Positions 1 to 12,981 of a DNA stretch of 64,000 nucleotides are shown here, one piece after another (position 1 is the first letter of the stretch; every line of letters begins with the position of its first letter). The position numbers were made by a program, and so were the translations under genes. Source of the DNA: Vitrella brassicaformis CCMP3155 (taxonomy: Eukaryota; Protista; Chromerida); NCBI GenBank assembly GCA_001179505.1, contig CDMY01000185.1, positions 62,001 through 126,000 of the forward strand, written 5' to 3'. Below the pieces are notes generated by a model, which was not told the DNA's origin, made no database searches, and saw only the letters and a list, made by a program, of their open reading frames with translations.

Positions 1-322
1 CGGAACCTCACGGCTACATTGATGTTGCACGACTTGCCAGACGACGCATCCGCCAGGACTGTGGATGCCGATGCAGACCCATCCATGGCCACCCAATTGC
101 CGCTCGCGCACTGCGAGCTTAGCTCTGTAAATCTATGGGGCAGCCAAAGTCCACAGATCGTCGTGGGGAGCGTAATGCAGCACGCAGCCGACCGGCAAAA
201 GGAAGGGGTGAGGGACAGGAGGGACACGCACGTCTGTTTAAGTTGTTGTCTGTGCTTGTCTGCTTGACATTGTCTGTCTGACATGGGCGTCGTAGGGCGT
301 CGACGTCTTTTCGCGTCATTAA
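1..322 (+). CDS. 3' end of a hypothetical protein (partial, runs off the window)
   Basis: Open frame from the window start to a GTGAG donor at 208; intron 208-295 ends in ...cgtag; the last exon reads GVDVFSRH-stop (320-322) in phase 0. Confidence 0.5.
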
Positions 323-428
323 CTTGTCGACGCAACAGGTCGACGCAACAGGCAGGATACATTGTGTGCACAGCACTCTTGAGTATCAATGTCACATCCA
401 AGACAACGCACGGAAACAACACCGATCC

Positions 429-2080
429 CTACCCCCACTGTCCCTCATCATCGGATATTGGTGTCGCTGTACGCGTTGAATCGACGTCTCTGTGCCGCCC
501 CCTCCACAGCCGGTTCCCACCGCTTCGCCGCACAATCTGCCCAACGCCCTCCTTCCCTTTATAGCGTCGCTTATCACTGCCAATGAGCTGCATCACAGGC
601 TGCGAAAAGTCGAAGACCTCACGGCTGAATTCAGGAGTCGACGGGGGGGTGGGAGGGGGGAAGGCAGATGGGGGGCAGCCGCGGTGCTGCGCTCTTGCCT
701 GCTGGAGACCCATGGCCAGACTGCAGTCATTATTGAGAGAAGAAGCTGGGTGGGCACCACATATCAGCAATTGGCTGGTGTCTCTTGCTCACCTCAACTG
801 GTAGACGTGTCTCTGGGGGAAAGTCATGTTGTGATGTTTGTGGGGCGTCTGTGGCGGGGGGGCAAATGATGGTGTGGCCATATCTGGCGAGAGGGTGACT
901 GGAGATGAAGAAGTGGCCGACCAGACCTGACTGATGCTGCCAACTCGCGGAGAGCCTGTCATTGACAAACCACGCATATACACTTACATAGCCACATGTG
1001 ACAGCCGCATGTTATCGTTTTTCCTCCCTCTGTACCTGATGCACTTGACAGCTGGTCCCCTCCGCCCGTCTGTGTAGCCACCGATCTCGCCTTGCCGACG
1101 TAGCCGATGTCTGATAATCTCCGCTCCTCTTCCATCAATCCAGCAGCATTAAACACAGGCAGTCGCCCCTGCACTTGAACTCTTCTTGGAGGAAAGGGAG
1201 ATGGCCTGTCTAGGAATCTCTGTTGTCTCTCGCGGCCCGTTCGTGCCGGCGATGGGCGAGCTGGGCAAGTGGGGCAAGAGGCTTGACCGACTGAGGTCTC
1301 TTCAAGCCTGAGACAGGGGATTGTCCATCAAGCCATGAAAGGAGACGACACCGATATTTTGACATCATATCTCTTTGCCCAACCGACCTGCTGAGCATTT
1401 GCGGCATGATGCTGAGGAGCTGCTGTGTAATTGAATCCAACAGCGTCCTCATTTGGCTTCTCTCTTCTCGATCGAACGATGTTTGCTCCTGCAGCACCCG
1501 CAGCTGCTGGTCGATGCCGGCAAGTTTTGCGCTGACGATTGCACATAAGTGAAGGGCTTTTCCTTCGCATCCACCAGTATGTATGTCCGTGCTCTCACCG
1601 CAGTGCCCATCCTGTGTCTTCTTGCGGTAGCCCCAGACCAGGCTCGTCCCTCGAGCTGTCCCTGGCCGGTTTCCAATCTGCTGGGCGACCACTAAACAGC
1701 AGGCTTTCCTTCCCGTCTTGTGTCTCTTGCGGCGTTGTTGACGGACCGCAAGCCGGGCCGCAACCGCACACGGAACACGGATACAAAAGGTCATACGACG
1801 GTGTGAAACCTTGGGCCCCGGATCTTCCCTCAGGCTGAGCAGGGGCCTCGCCCTGATCAACAGGGCAAGAAGACGATAGAGACTCCTCAGAGAGCAGCCA
1901 CGCGCCATGCGGTGTGTGGTTCCGTGAGCAAAGGGGCTCCGCCACTTTCCGTGAGCAAAGGGGCTCCGCCACACTCCAGGACCACCCAGCAGAAGCCTTG
2001 ACATCTTCCTGCCACAGTGGGGCAGAGCTGTGCGTCAAAAATGTTTCCACTTCGTCCTCCCACCAAAGATCACTCGTCAT
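429..2080 (-). CDS. Hypothetical multi-exon protein with a central coiled-coil-like segment
   Basis: ATG at 2080. ORF 1595..2080 splices (cg|GTGAG ... cAG|c, phase 2) into AKLAGIDQQLRVLQEQTSFDREERSQMRTLLDSITQQLL. Further segments match ORFs 959..1174, 789..983 and 429..770, with GT/AG signals at most junctions. Confidence 0.55.
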
Positions 2081-2213
2081 TGAGACGCGAGACGGCGAGC
2101 TCAGGGGGGAATGGGGGCTGCATGCAAGACGCCGATCAGAGGCCTTCTCTTTATGCGGCGGATTTGTTCCTGCTTGACCATTTGACTGGGGCTCAAACTA
2201 TGCGATCTCAGCC

Positions 2214-3882
2214 ATGATGATCTCAGCCATGGACGACGCAGATTCGCCTCTATTCAAGTCCTTACCTGCCAGCGCGGCCGCATCTTCGTCATCCAGTACG
2301 CATCTTCTCTCCTCACACTTGTCTGGGCTTGACTCATGTCTGTGTGTGTGGCTTTGTGACGTTTTCTCACACCTCAGACGAAAGTGGGTCCGTCCCTTCT
2401 TATCTGAAGCTCTATCGCAAGTGCCGTCACAGTCGACGTCAACCCCCTCGGGCACCTCCACCGACACGGAGACGGACGCAGACTGATTACTTTTCTGCGG
2501 GTGAGACAACAACCGGATCGGGTGAGACGAATACAGGGAATGCAGACACACTTGTGACATGTTTGTGCAGCAAGCAACGGGAGAGAGGCGCCTGAGCGGC
2601 AAGTCCTTGAGAGGGCCTCCGAGGCGCGGCACAATTTCCATCGCACCCTCCAGCAACTCGGTCGTGCAGCGTTCCAGCCAACCGCAGCTCTCGACGACCC
2701 GGCCATCACCACCTTTCTGGAGAAGGTCAGGCCCCGGCCGCCGCTTGTCTTGAACTCGCGGCCGCCATCACCGATGCCCGGCTCCTCGCATGACCCTTCT
2801 GCTCGTGACAAATATACCATCTGCCGCTATCCGCGTGACGACTTCTGGTGCACCCACTTTGTCGACAGACACCCGCTGCCCCCTCGCTCTGCGTCTGCTT
2901 TCTCTCCCATTCGGCAGCCGGCTGTGCGATGGGAGGCGCTGAGTCTTGCCGAGCCTGTTGACGGCATGAGGATCTTGTCGGTGCGGTCGCGAAACACGGG
3001 CAGGTTTCTATACAAGCAGAGGACAGATTCCATCGTCTTGTGGGGAAGTGGAAGCAGCTGTGATGGGGATATACAGCAGAGAACGAAAGGACAGTACGAT
3101 GATGAGAAGCGGCCGTGTGAGAGGGATGGCGGGAAGTGCTTGCTGCTGGAGCGAACGCAGGATGACGAGGTCTTTGACCCCAGATTCAGCGACCTGAGGG
3201 CCTCTGTGCGAGTGCTGGATCGCTGGATTGGTAATACAACGTCTGCTCAGTTCTTGGTGGCACATGATGCGATAATGTGGTGTGCCTCTCTTTTCAATCG
3301 ATCAGAAAGCCTCCCACGTCGGCTGAGAGATCCGTCAGCTCTCCCTCCTCTGTCGTCTATCTATCCGCCGCCCCAAGCCGCTTCGCCCCCCTCATCAGCC
3401 AAGTCGCCTCTGCGCGAGACACCTGCTCAACACCAGCAGATGCCAGCCCGATTCACGAGGAAGAGAAAGCCTGATATCAGGTCATTCATGCACGTGTGTG
3501 TGCCTGTTGAATCGGTGTGTGTGCCTGTTGAATCGGCGGTTGTTATATCCTGCACAGGCCTCATCGGCAGGCACGCATTCAGCCCTCCCTCCCAGCTCCG
3601 GGCCCAAAGGGCGACCCTTCCCCCCTCTTTCACTACGACAAACCCACGGATGTCTATGTGCCTGTTCCGGCGCCCCACCAGCAAACCACTAAGAAAGAGG
3701 ACAAACTGTGGGAGCGGATCGAGTCTCTTCCTGACTCTGACATGGTGAGCTCAGTGGTTACATGTCTGTTCATTGGTAGGGTCAGTCACTGCCTGTGTGT
3801 CACGATCAGGCTCCATCGGTTGAAGCCCCTGATGGCAAAGGTCAGCCTAGGCAGGGGGAGGATCGCTTGAAGGTGATCGATG
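2214..3882 (+). CDS. Hypothetical multi-exon protein
   Basis: ATG 2214; phase-consistent introns at about 2296-2377, 2501-2570, 3481-3557 and from 3745. A long exon 2571-3480 is in the frame of ORF 2750..3748. The 3' end is approximate. No family recognised. Confidence 0.5.
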
Positions 3883-4051
3883 AGCTAGAGAACGGGCAGA
3901 AGCTGATGGTTAGGGAAGAGTCAGGAGAAATGGACCAGAATGACACGTGTTTTCCTTGCTGCTAGCTGCAGCCATGCAGCTGCACAGTAAGATGCTCATT
4001 TTTTTGCATTGCGCTCCAATGGATTATGCCTGTTGCGCAGACGGCATGGCC

Positions 4052-4126
4052 GGTCTCGTTGAACACGAGCCGGTCTGGTCTCGTTGAACACGAGCCGGTC
4101 TGGTCTCGTTGAACACGAGCCGGTCT
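4052..4126. repeat. Perfect 25-bp tandem repeat x3 (GGTCTCGTTGAACACGAGCCGGTCT) with an internal CTCGT/ACGAG inverted repeat
   Basis: Three identical consecutive copies read directly at 4052, 4077 and 4102. The position is intergenic and there are no spacers. Confidence 0.95.
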
Positions 4127-4360
4127 CGTGGCCCCAAATGGGGCCAAACGACAAAATTTAATTTTAAACTTGAGTTGCAATGAACAGAGTACCATCAGCT
4201 GCGTTGCCCCTATTTCTCTTGCAAGTAGTAGGGGCCCTCGATTGTGTTATCCCCCTTGGGCTTGCGTTCGTTTCCTCGCGACGCCACCCATCGCACGCCG
4301 GTGACAAGTCGTTGGCGTTCCGGCCTCTCCGGTCATTCGGCATGAGGCAGGTGGACCGCC

Positions 4361-6081
4361 ATGACCGATATGCAATGCGGGGAAACGGCTCAGGTCACTC
4401 TGCACCAGCGACAAGGTGAGCTGGCAGACATGTCGGGAAGGATGCAGACGCACATGCAATGTGTTTCTTGTTGTATGGACAGCTTCGTCGAGTCAGCTCC
4501 TTATCGCACCTTCATCGGTCCAAGAGCTCCTTCCCCTGCCTTTGTCCGGCCTTCTTTCCTTCGTCCCTCGTCCCACCTCGCCCCCCCTCTCACCCCGCCA
4601 GCGAGGCTGACATGCGCTCTGCGCTCTGACCGGCGCCGCACCTAGAACAGCAACGATTCTCCACACATCATCAACGGCCAAAGGGACATGCTCGTCCTAT
4701 GGTGGCGCGCGGTGTTGTTCTGAAGATCACATTCGACGAGTGGAGCCACTGTGGAGGGAAGTGACGAGACACTTTGGTGGATGTCCAGGGTAGAATTGCA
4801 ACCGCCGCATTCATGAGTCATAAGTGTTGGTGGCCCATTGCGTTTGTGTCTGCGGTAGGTGTGTTTCCAATGCTGAGCTGGCTCTTTGCACGCTCCTCTG
4901 CTCGCCATATAACACAATTGGAAGTCCCAAGTAAGGCCTACAAGCCCCATTCTGGTACCTTCCCAAGTCCGTATTATTGTGCGTTGTCGTGTCTCCCTGG
5001 CAGCACCACCTTGGATCTCCTGCTTTCTCGTTCCTTCTGCAACCGATTGGACAACTCCTGCAGAGCCATCCAGTAAGGTGATAATATGTAATCATCAAGA
5101 TTACACCGTCCACCCCCCACACTCCGTGTCTCTTCTTGATACGCAGTGCGAGAGCGGTCCCCCGTCCCTCATGCTCCCTCACCTTCCTTCTAAACCTCCT
5201 CGATAAGGCATTGGGCGGTCTCAGCAACACTCTGGCTATTCGGCTGCAGGTAGCACCATTGTCTCGCTGTACATGTATGGCTGGCTGTGTGTGTGGACTG
5301 TATGTGTCTCGTTTTGTTATCTATATGATTCTCAGAGTTCGCCCGATGACGCGTTTCTGCCGTTTTCGTCGCTGCTCGATACAGCCACCCAGTTCTGCGA
5401 CCCTCTAGCTTCATCAGCAGGGCACCACAGACTATGGCACTGGGTCATGAGGAGGTGAGACACGCGGATAGAGGGCGAGGCCAAGCCCATATTTGGCATA
5501 TTGTACGTCTTTCTGGCTCAGGTATGGGTCGGGTCGGCATTCCTTTGTGCTTTGGCTCGCTTGGACGGCCGGTAGTGTCGTCATTACATTCGCTGCTGTC
5601 GCCCTCATTGCTTACGGTTACGGAGACACGAAGTGCCAAGCGCTCAAGACACATATACACTCCCGCGTCCCTCTCTTCCACCCCCGTATCAGGTTTGGCC
5701 CTTTTGAAAACCCACAAGAGTTTGCTCTCACTCAAGTGCCTGCCACCTTTCCTCGCGCCGGCGGCCCGAGCTGCTTGCAACCACAACGTTCCTGATGCCT
5801 CCCAGGCTGAATCAGCTTGTGAAGAGGCCCCCCAAGAAGGCAAGCCCATATACATCCAAGGAGACCTGCTATCTAGCAGCAGCCCTACACGCTGCTCGCC
5901 GAGGGCCGATGAGGCGACGGACTCCCACTCTGTGAGTGCCCACTCCCACCGATCAGTGGCGGACCGGACAGCAGCGGTGGCGGCGCGCACAGGGGCCCTG
6001 ACGGGGAATATTGACGATAGGGCGTCGGAGAGGGAGTGTGTGGCTATTGAGAGGGGCGCTGAGGACGTGTGCAGATTGTGA
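4361..6081 (+). CDS. Hypothetical multi-exon protein (boundaries uncertain)
   Basis: A chain of + strand segments bounded by donors (4396 GTGAG, 5072 GTAAG, 5249 GTAGC, 5455 GTGAG) and acceptors. One phase-0 join gives ...LAIRLQ|SSPDDAF. A terminal open segment runs about 5736-6081. No family recognised. Confidence 0.4.
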
Positions 6082-6513
6082 GGGGCCGCGGGCACGGGGG
6101 TGGGAGTAAATGCTCCGGGTGCGTGCGTGGGTCGTGTGATATGTGCAGCTTGAAGCAATGGGGTAGGTCGACAAATTCGCTGGGGCTTCGGTATTCAGTC
6201 TTTCGTGTTTGTTTATGATTGATTGCCATTTGACCTTCACTCCCCTAATGTATAGTGTACATCAATACGTGTCTCAGCAAGAATCCCTGGCTGGCAGATG
6301 GCCACCCACCCATTCACCCACCCACCCACCATTTGCATTACTCAGTTATCCAGTCCAGTACAAACTATCGCAGTCAGCTAGCGCGATAACAAATGCAGCC
6401 ATTTCCCATGCACCCGCCTTCCACCCACCGGACAGTCTGAATCTCTTCCCCCGCTGCATTCGGGCAGACAGATACGCAGGTATGTCCCCTATATATCTGC
6501 ATACACCAGTGAG

Positions 6514-7800
6514 TCACCCCAGCAGACACCATGTTGGGCCGGCGCACTCGACCCCCAACACCAAGGGCTGTATGGCCCTCGCGGCATCCAGCGGAGCCCC
6601 GACAAGGCTTCTCACAATCCCACTCACCACAAGCAAGGGGTTGTCAAACAACGACACGACGGCCTCTTGTCCCCCTTCCCCTTCCCCCTCCGCCTCTCGC
6701 TGCTGCTCTGCCTCTAGAATATGCTCTTCTGGCTGCTGCTGATATTCCCTGTGATCGTCCTCGGATCGCTGCTCCATGAAGAACGGCCAGAGGTTGACAT
6801 CGTCGGAAAAGGGCGGATACTGCAGGTGTGAGAGTAATTCCCGGTCTTCGTTCAGGGCGGCCATCCATCGGCTGGGCAGGTAGAAGCTGCTGCCACGTAG
6901 GGAGAAAGGCAAGGGCTTAGAAGAGGCGGGCTCGGACTGCTCGGCGGGCTCGGACTGCTCGCCTTTGGCTGTGGCATTGCACAGCGGGCATGGGCCACGC
7001 CTCCTTGTGAGTCGCTGCCTCGATACAGAAGGACTCCGTGTCAGAGACAAGAGCTTGAAGAGGAAAATGTCCTCTATCGCCTGCGAAGGACAGGTGAGAT
7101 TCACCGTCGTCGTCTCTATTTGCTGCCAGATACGAGCATACCGTGTCCATGGCATGGAAGAATCGCAGCTCACGCCGCCGCCGTCGGGGGCCTGGCGGGC
7201 ACCATCGTGAATGGTAATGGTGTACTCGATGACACTCCTCGCCTTCTATAGACCCCATATCCGCCTCCCAAGCCCAAGGCCGCCCTTGTCTGACTGCCTG
7301 TAGGGAGGCCGCCCTGTCGTTCGATGCGTGACTCCAGTTGAGATAATAGCGACGACAGACAGGTGGCGAGGAGCCCGATGGCGGCCTCACAAAGGACAAG
7401 GCCAGACTGCACAGCGTCTGCAACGCCGCCAGAGACTCGAGAATCGCGGGCGTTCTCCACTGCTCTCCGGACAGCTCGTCCTGTTGTTCGTGTCGCTGAT
7501 ACTGTGTCTCAGCCCGCTGACGACACCGTCTTTCCAGTCGATGACAGGTCGTGTTGACCAGCAGCCTCGTTGTGCCAGAGCCCCGATGCAGGCCATCGCT
7601 GTACGTATCACACCTGTAGTCACATCGATGCCGTTTAGGGCTGCGCAGCAGCTGCTGTGTGTCGGGCTGCTCGTGATCACGGGATGCGGCGGTCTCCATC
7701 CTCCAACATTCCTTCCAAGCCACTGTGCGACCACCATGGTAAGGTCCAAGGGTGTAATCGGTCGACGGGCCCTGCTCGCCTGCCGATGATGTGAGGCCAT
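6514..7800 (-). CDS. Hypothetical protein, exon structure unresolved
   Basis: ATG at 7800, divergent from the gene at 7977. The E/Q-rich protein-like frame 6514..7173 contains a PCPLC motif. Several overlapping frames could not be joined unambiguously. Confidence 0.3.
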
Positions 7801-7976
7801 TTTCCATACACCGCAGGTTCAAGAATGAGACCCTCTTTGCCGCTTGGGATGGAAGCTTGTCACCGAGGTCTTCCCTTTCGTTCGCTTCAGTGCCGTCGGC
7901 CGGGTGTGGGTAAGGGCAGCTGGTTGGAGTCTCAGAGAATCTTGGAGACGACGTCGGCCGCGGGAGGTAGTGGCTC

Positions 7977-10900
7977 ATGGACAGGGTGGGGCCCACCAGG
8001 GAAAACGACGCCACGAGGAGGAAGACTGCCATGATTGCGAGGAAAAGGGACAAGGGGACTGCCGAGTTCGCGGCGCCCCCACGGTTGCGATCTCTCGCCC
8101 CCAACGGATTGTCGAAGCGAATGGAGTCGCACCCTCCGCAGGAAGCGCCAGCTCCCCGCCGGCTGCACATAAGTAACCCCTGTCCAGAGCCGGAGGACCA
8201 CAAAGGGGCATCCACTCTTGCTGGCTCAACAGGCCTGGCGACGGCCACACCAAACAGAGGCAGGTCCTTTCGGTTAGACATCAGGAGGCGTGGCGCCCCA
8301 AAGCAGTCGCTGGTGGACAGCGAGAGGACAGACTTGAGCAGAGACAATTTCTTCCGGTACAAGAGAAGACGCTGGAAGTGGCTCGGCCTGTTCTGCCATC
8401 TCTGTGTGCCCTTCATCGTGCTTCTGGGTGAGCGGTGCCTTGTGTGAACAAAGCCTGTCATGCTTGCCTTATGGACACATCTGGCCCGTTCAGCTGATAT
8501 GCTGGCCTTATGGGTGCACGACTTAATCCACAAGACCATCATCACCGAGTCGATTGAAATGGGCACGACATTCACCACAGAGAGAGGTAAGTCGAGCGAG
8601 CAATGTGCGTATACTGCTCTCTTGTACCCTTGTACGTGTAGTGGTGGAGAAGGTGGAATTTTTCTTCGACGACCATCGATTCCTCACCAAGCTCATCGAA
8701 GAGACGCGCCTGATTTCCTTCTGGCACGGTTGGTTCCATCACACACGTCTACTGAGGCTTGGGAGCCCTGGCACTTTGTGCCGTATTTTGCCGCTTGCAG
8801 AGGCTCAGTACCAGGCGGCTCCACTAATAGTGTCAGAATTCCTTGAAAACGTCACCGAATTCGCTTATGACGTCAAGAATGTGAGATCGATGTTGGGCGT
8901 TGAGCGAGGGAGGGAGGGCCTCATGCACTCCCTCCCATTCGGCTGTACATTACATTTGCAGCTAAAAGCTGAGTCGGAATACTTCTCCATTCACATGGAC
9001 GGCAACATGTCCTGGTCGATGGCGCGGGTCAATGCGACGGAGATGCAAATACGCACACAGTAAGCAGCTGAGACGTGACAGTCGCGTGGCGACCAAAGTC
9101 GTTGTCCTTTTCCTCTTTCAGGGTCCCTGTGAACACTTCTCACTTTCAAGTCTGCACGAAAAGCAGCCGCAGCATCAGTGACTGGACATGCGCGCTCCCT
9201 GCGCAGGATACATACGCACAGGAGACACAAGGTCAGTCAAACCATGACATATTCACACACACACGTACTCAACAGACGGCTTCCTTCCGTGTCTCTTGCC
9301 GCTCCTGCCATCCATCCATCAGCAATCCTGCATGAGGCGGATCGGATGACTGCAGGGGCCTGGCGTCTGTATACAGATGACAGTGTGCCACCTCATCTCG
9401 ATCCCCCGGTAGTCACAAACGTGGGATTGGAGGACCATGCCACACTACACCAGCTGTACAAGCCAAGTAAGACACAGCCAGACAACCAGCCAGCCAGCCA
9501 GCCAGCCATGGAAAAGGCGACTCAGCCTGCGTGCGTCTCTGTTAGCCTTCGGCGACAAGACATTGATGGGTCTGAAAATCAACATGTTGAAGCTCGACAA
9601 GTTCTTGAAGGGGCTCAAATCCAACACGACCGTCAAGGCGGTCATCGCGGATAATGATGGGCTCGTCATCTCCAGCCCAGGTAGGTGATATGATCTGATG
9701 ACAGGCATCCCCTCATCCGCTGGCTTCCTCACTGTCCGTCTGTTCAGAGCTTTCCAAGGTGCACAAGCCCGTGTGGAAGCTCGGGTGAGAGAGAGAGAGA
9801 GAGAGGGAGGGAGGAGGGGAGGCAAGGCTTACAAGGGTAAGTTTCTCCTTCGTCGATCAACTCTTGTGCGTAATCAATCAGCGGTTTCTTTGGCCGATTG
9901 TCGCGGGGTAAGCTGCACTCGCTGTCCAAGGACGAGGACACGAAGGAAATCGACGGACATAAGGTAGGAGGCACCCAGCTCCCAAGACAACCAATGACCG
10001 CAGACAAACAACGGAAACCCGTGTGTGTGCGTTTGTGAAAGGCCGTGTCGGCCAGGCCAGTGGAGACAACAGGGACGAGGTATTATCGAGGCACCGAGCG
10101 ATGCCGCATCGACAATTGATTCACACTTTCTGTGTGTTCTGCATTATATATGCGTGGCAGGCTTTACATAGCAGCCGTGTACGATTCCGGCAAGCTGCTG
10201 CCCGAGACAACTCGTGTCGAGGACTGGGCGCAGTATATCATCATCGGTGTCCTCGTGATCGTGTCCTTGGCAACACTCTGGGAACTCATCGACGTCAGTC
10301 CATTCAGCAAAACACAACAGCCCACCGACAGAGGGATGCTTGTTTGTCCGTCTGCCTGCCTGTCTGTCTGTCTGTCTGTCTGTCGTGGCTGGGTGCAGTG
10401 CGGTGCGTGTGTTGCAGACCTGTCATGCGGTGCTGGTGTACAGGAAAAAGAAAAAAGTGCTAACGCGGCGGCTCTCGGCGTAGGCAGCCCATCAGCACAC
10501 CACACCACGACATCCATGTCTGTTTTGTTTTTTGCGTTCCTCGATCGATCGATCGATCAGTGCGTATCACCGTGGCGAGAAGAGTGACAGCCGGGCTGTG
10601 ATGGACATCCAAGCCAAGCTGGACAGCCTCGAGCACAACCCGTTTTCAAAGGCGAACCATTACGCCCCTTCTGACTATGGATCGATCGTCGGCTCCATCG
10701 TACAAAACCTGCAAAAAGGACACTCGGTGAGAGAATATATTAGGGAAAGAAAGACAGACACACACAGACAAAAGGGGACGGACAGACACCCTCTTCTTCT
10801 GTGTCTCAGTTTGTATTCGACGTTGGCGAGCCTTCCAGCCGGCGGCCGTCTGTGATTCTCGTGTCTGCGGATGAGGGCGAGAGCCAGAAAGACCTCCAGT

Positions 10901-11468
10901 CCATCACCACTGAGATCACGCGAATACTCAGAGACAGACGGCTCTCGGTCAACTCGCAGAGGAGCTTCACGGGAATGCCGCACAAGACGCCTCTGCCTGT
11001 AAGTGAGACACACAAGACACACCAGCCAGCCGTCCGCATCACGTGATGTGTGTGTGTGTGTGTGGCTGGCCTGATCTGTCTGATGCGCGTCAGCCGCAGG
11101 AGCATGAGGGCCGTCGCTATGCGGAATCAGTAGGTGCGAGCACTGAACACCGAACATGCACAGCGGTGTCTCAACCAGAAACATGTTCTTGTGTCTCTTG
11201 TGTCTCGTGTGTGTACTCTGGTGCACTGCAGGAAGGTCACCCGTCGAGTCCTCAGAGCCTTGCATCGTCGTTCACACCCCACTCAGCCCCCCGCACTCAC
11301 CACACACCGTTGCCAACGGTGCCACCGCCACGCCCGCCAGCGGCAAGCGGCCGCCCACAACCCCAAATCAGCAACACACAAGCGGGGGTGGGGGAGTGCC
11401 CCTCCGAAATCCCCCCCGAGCACTCGGCGGTGACCGAGACATCAATGGACCACCACAGCCGATGTTGA
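7977..11468 (+). CDS. Two-TM membrane protein with an extracellular dCache-like sensor domain and a low-complexity cytoplasmic tail
   Basis: Phase-checked exons 7977-8427, 8494-8586, 8642-8880, about 8969-9059, 9122-9231, 9323-9466, 9546-9680, 9748-9784, 9882-9963, 10040-10077, 10159 onward. TM1 is WLGLFCHLCVPFIVLLADMLALWV. The Cache-like core is LMGLKINMLKLDKFLKGLKSNTTVKAVIADNDGLVISSP...KEIDGHKAVSARPVETTGTRLYIAAVYDSGKLL. TM2 is YIIIGVLVIVSLATLW. Confidence 0.7.
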
Positions 11469-12981
11469 GTGACTGCGACATGATTGAGGAAATCGACGAG
11501 GGCCGCTGGGCAGGTGCGCAAGCGTGAGAGACTCAGTGGGTGCAATTGGGTGCGAGGTCATTGACTGTCTGAGTTTCGTGTGATGTTGAACTTCTCTCTC
11601 TCTCGTGTGTGTGTGTGTCTGTGTGTGTGTGTGTGTGTCTGTGTGTTGAATCTGTGTGGTGCGGCAAGGCAGTGATGGTTGGTCAGTCCTGGTGGGACCA
11701 GATGGCATGAGTGCATACGACGTACTACTCCATGTACTGGGGCAGAGAAAGTGTGTGTGAGTAGTATAGCGCCTGTGGATGTATGCCTGCGTGCGCAGCT
11801 GAAGTGTTACACTCTTGGTTATCCTTTTTGTAGTCAACACATTGTCTTGTCGCCCCCACACGGTGTGCACACCCATCCATCCCTCTCTAATTGTCACTGA
11901 GCCCCTCGCTATGACACCACACAACCAAAAATAGCAACGCAGGGAGACAGCATGCAGACGTACGGGCCCTCATGGATGGCCGGCCAGCCAGTTAGCGACA
12001 CAGACAGGTACACTCGAACCAGAAAAACAGCTACGCCGCGTTGAGTAGGGCTCCCGCCCATGCCATGCAGCAGATTCATGCCCTCCGGAGAAACACACAC
12101 TAATGCCCTGATCAATATTCCCCTCCCCTCCCTCTCCACACGCGAGCGACAAGGTGAGCATCGAGCCCCAGCTCATGTGCTTCTCCCTAGGTATGGTATA
12201 CGTATACGCACCAAACTCAATTCCCCTGATCCCCCCTCAGCCATCTCCTCGTGTGTAGAGCGGCTGCTCTGCATCCTTACCCCCACAAGGGATCCGACCC
12301 GTGAAGGCAGAGATACATGCTGACCATGACACCACAGAGAAGATGGCCTGAGGGAGGGAAACAGATCTCACTCTCACTCACCCCAACAGGCAGGCAGGGC
12401 TGCTGCATGCCATGCATGCCCACCCTTGAAAGCTGCGTGTATGGGTGTGTGTATGTGTGTATCGATCATTCAAATGCCGTCCGGAAGTATGTACGCTTCG
12501 TGTGTGGAAACAGACACACACTCGTACGTACGCATGTGTGTATGTGGCAGCAGAGCCAGCTGCCTGTCTGTCTGTCTGTCTGACGGGCCGGACGGGAAAA
12601 GCACGAGAAAAAGAGCACTAGACTCAGTCAGCGGATAGAGAACAGTCCCTAGGTACCATCCCATCCCGCCTGCCGCCCATCTGTCTGCTTCAAACCCCCA
12701 AGATGGACACGCAACCAACGCACATCACATGACTGCACGTATTGTGCAACACACCACAACACAACACAACACACCACACCACCCAGCATGCAGTCACACA
12801 CACGCAGCATTCAAGTAAGTAAGCGAGACTTAAGGGAGGCATTATTGACATGCATGGAGATAAAAGCGCCACGATGGGTGTCAGTAAGTGAGCGACCTCT
12901 CTCAAAGACCGTCGCGGCCGACCGACCCACCCGACACGCGCACACACACGATTAGATACAGGATGCATCATTACTTACAAG

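Noticed and set aside
4052-4126. Hairpin-containing 25-bp repeats as a mini CRISPR array
   Set aside because: The units are directly adjacent with no spacers, there are no cas genes, and the context is eukaryotic.
6960-7260. RING finger suggested by HHYHSRWC and PCPLC
   Set aside because: The two motifs are in different frames, I found no convincing intron to join them, and the ligand spacing does not match RING consensus.
6917-8578. 553-aa minus-strand ORF as a single gene
   Set aside because: Its upper about 600 nt are antisense to the phase-consistent first exons of the dCache-like gene. It is likely a GC-rich shadow ORF; only the lower part may be coding.
9546-9680. LAMTOR3/roadblock-like small protein (LDKFLKGL..VKAVIADNDG)
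   Set aside because: The segment splices in phase into a much larger two-TM protein whose flanking motifs fit a Cache domain better.
11500-12950. Short ORFs rich in VCVC/THTH/LSLS here and throughout the window
   Set aside because: Translations of intronic or intergenic (GT)n/(AC)n/(CT)n microsatellites; no coherent exon chain found here.
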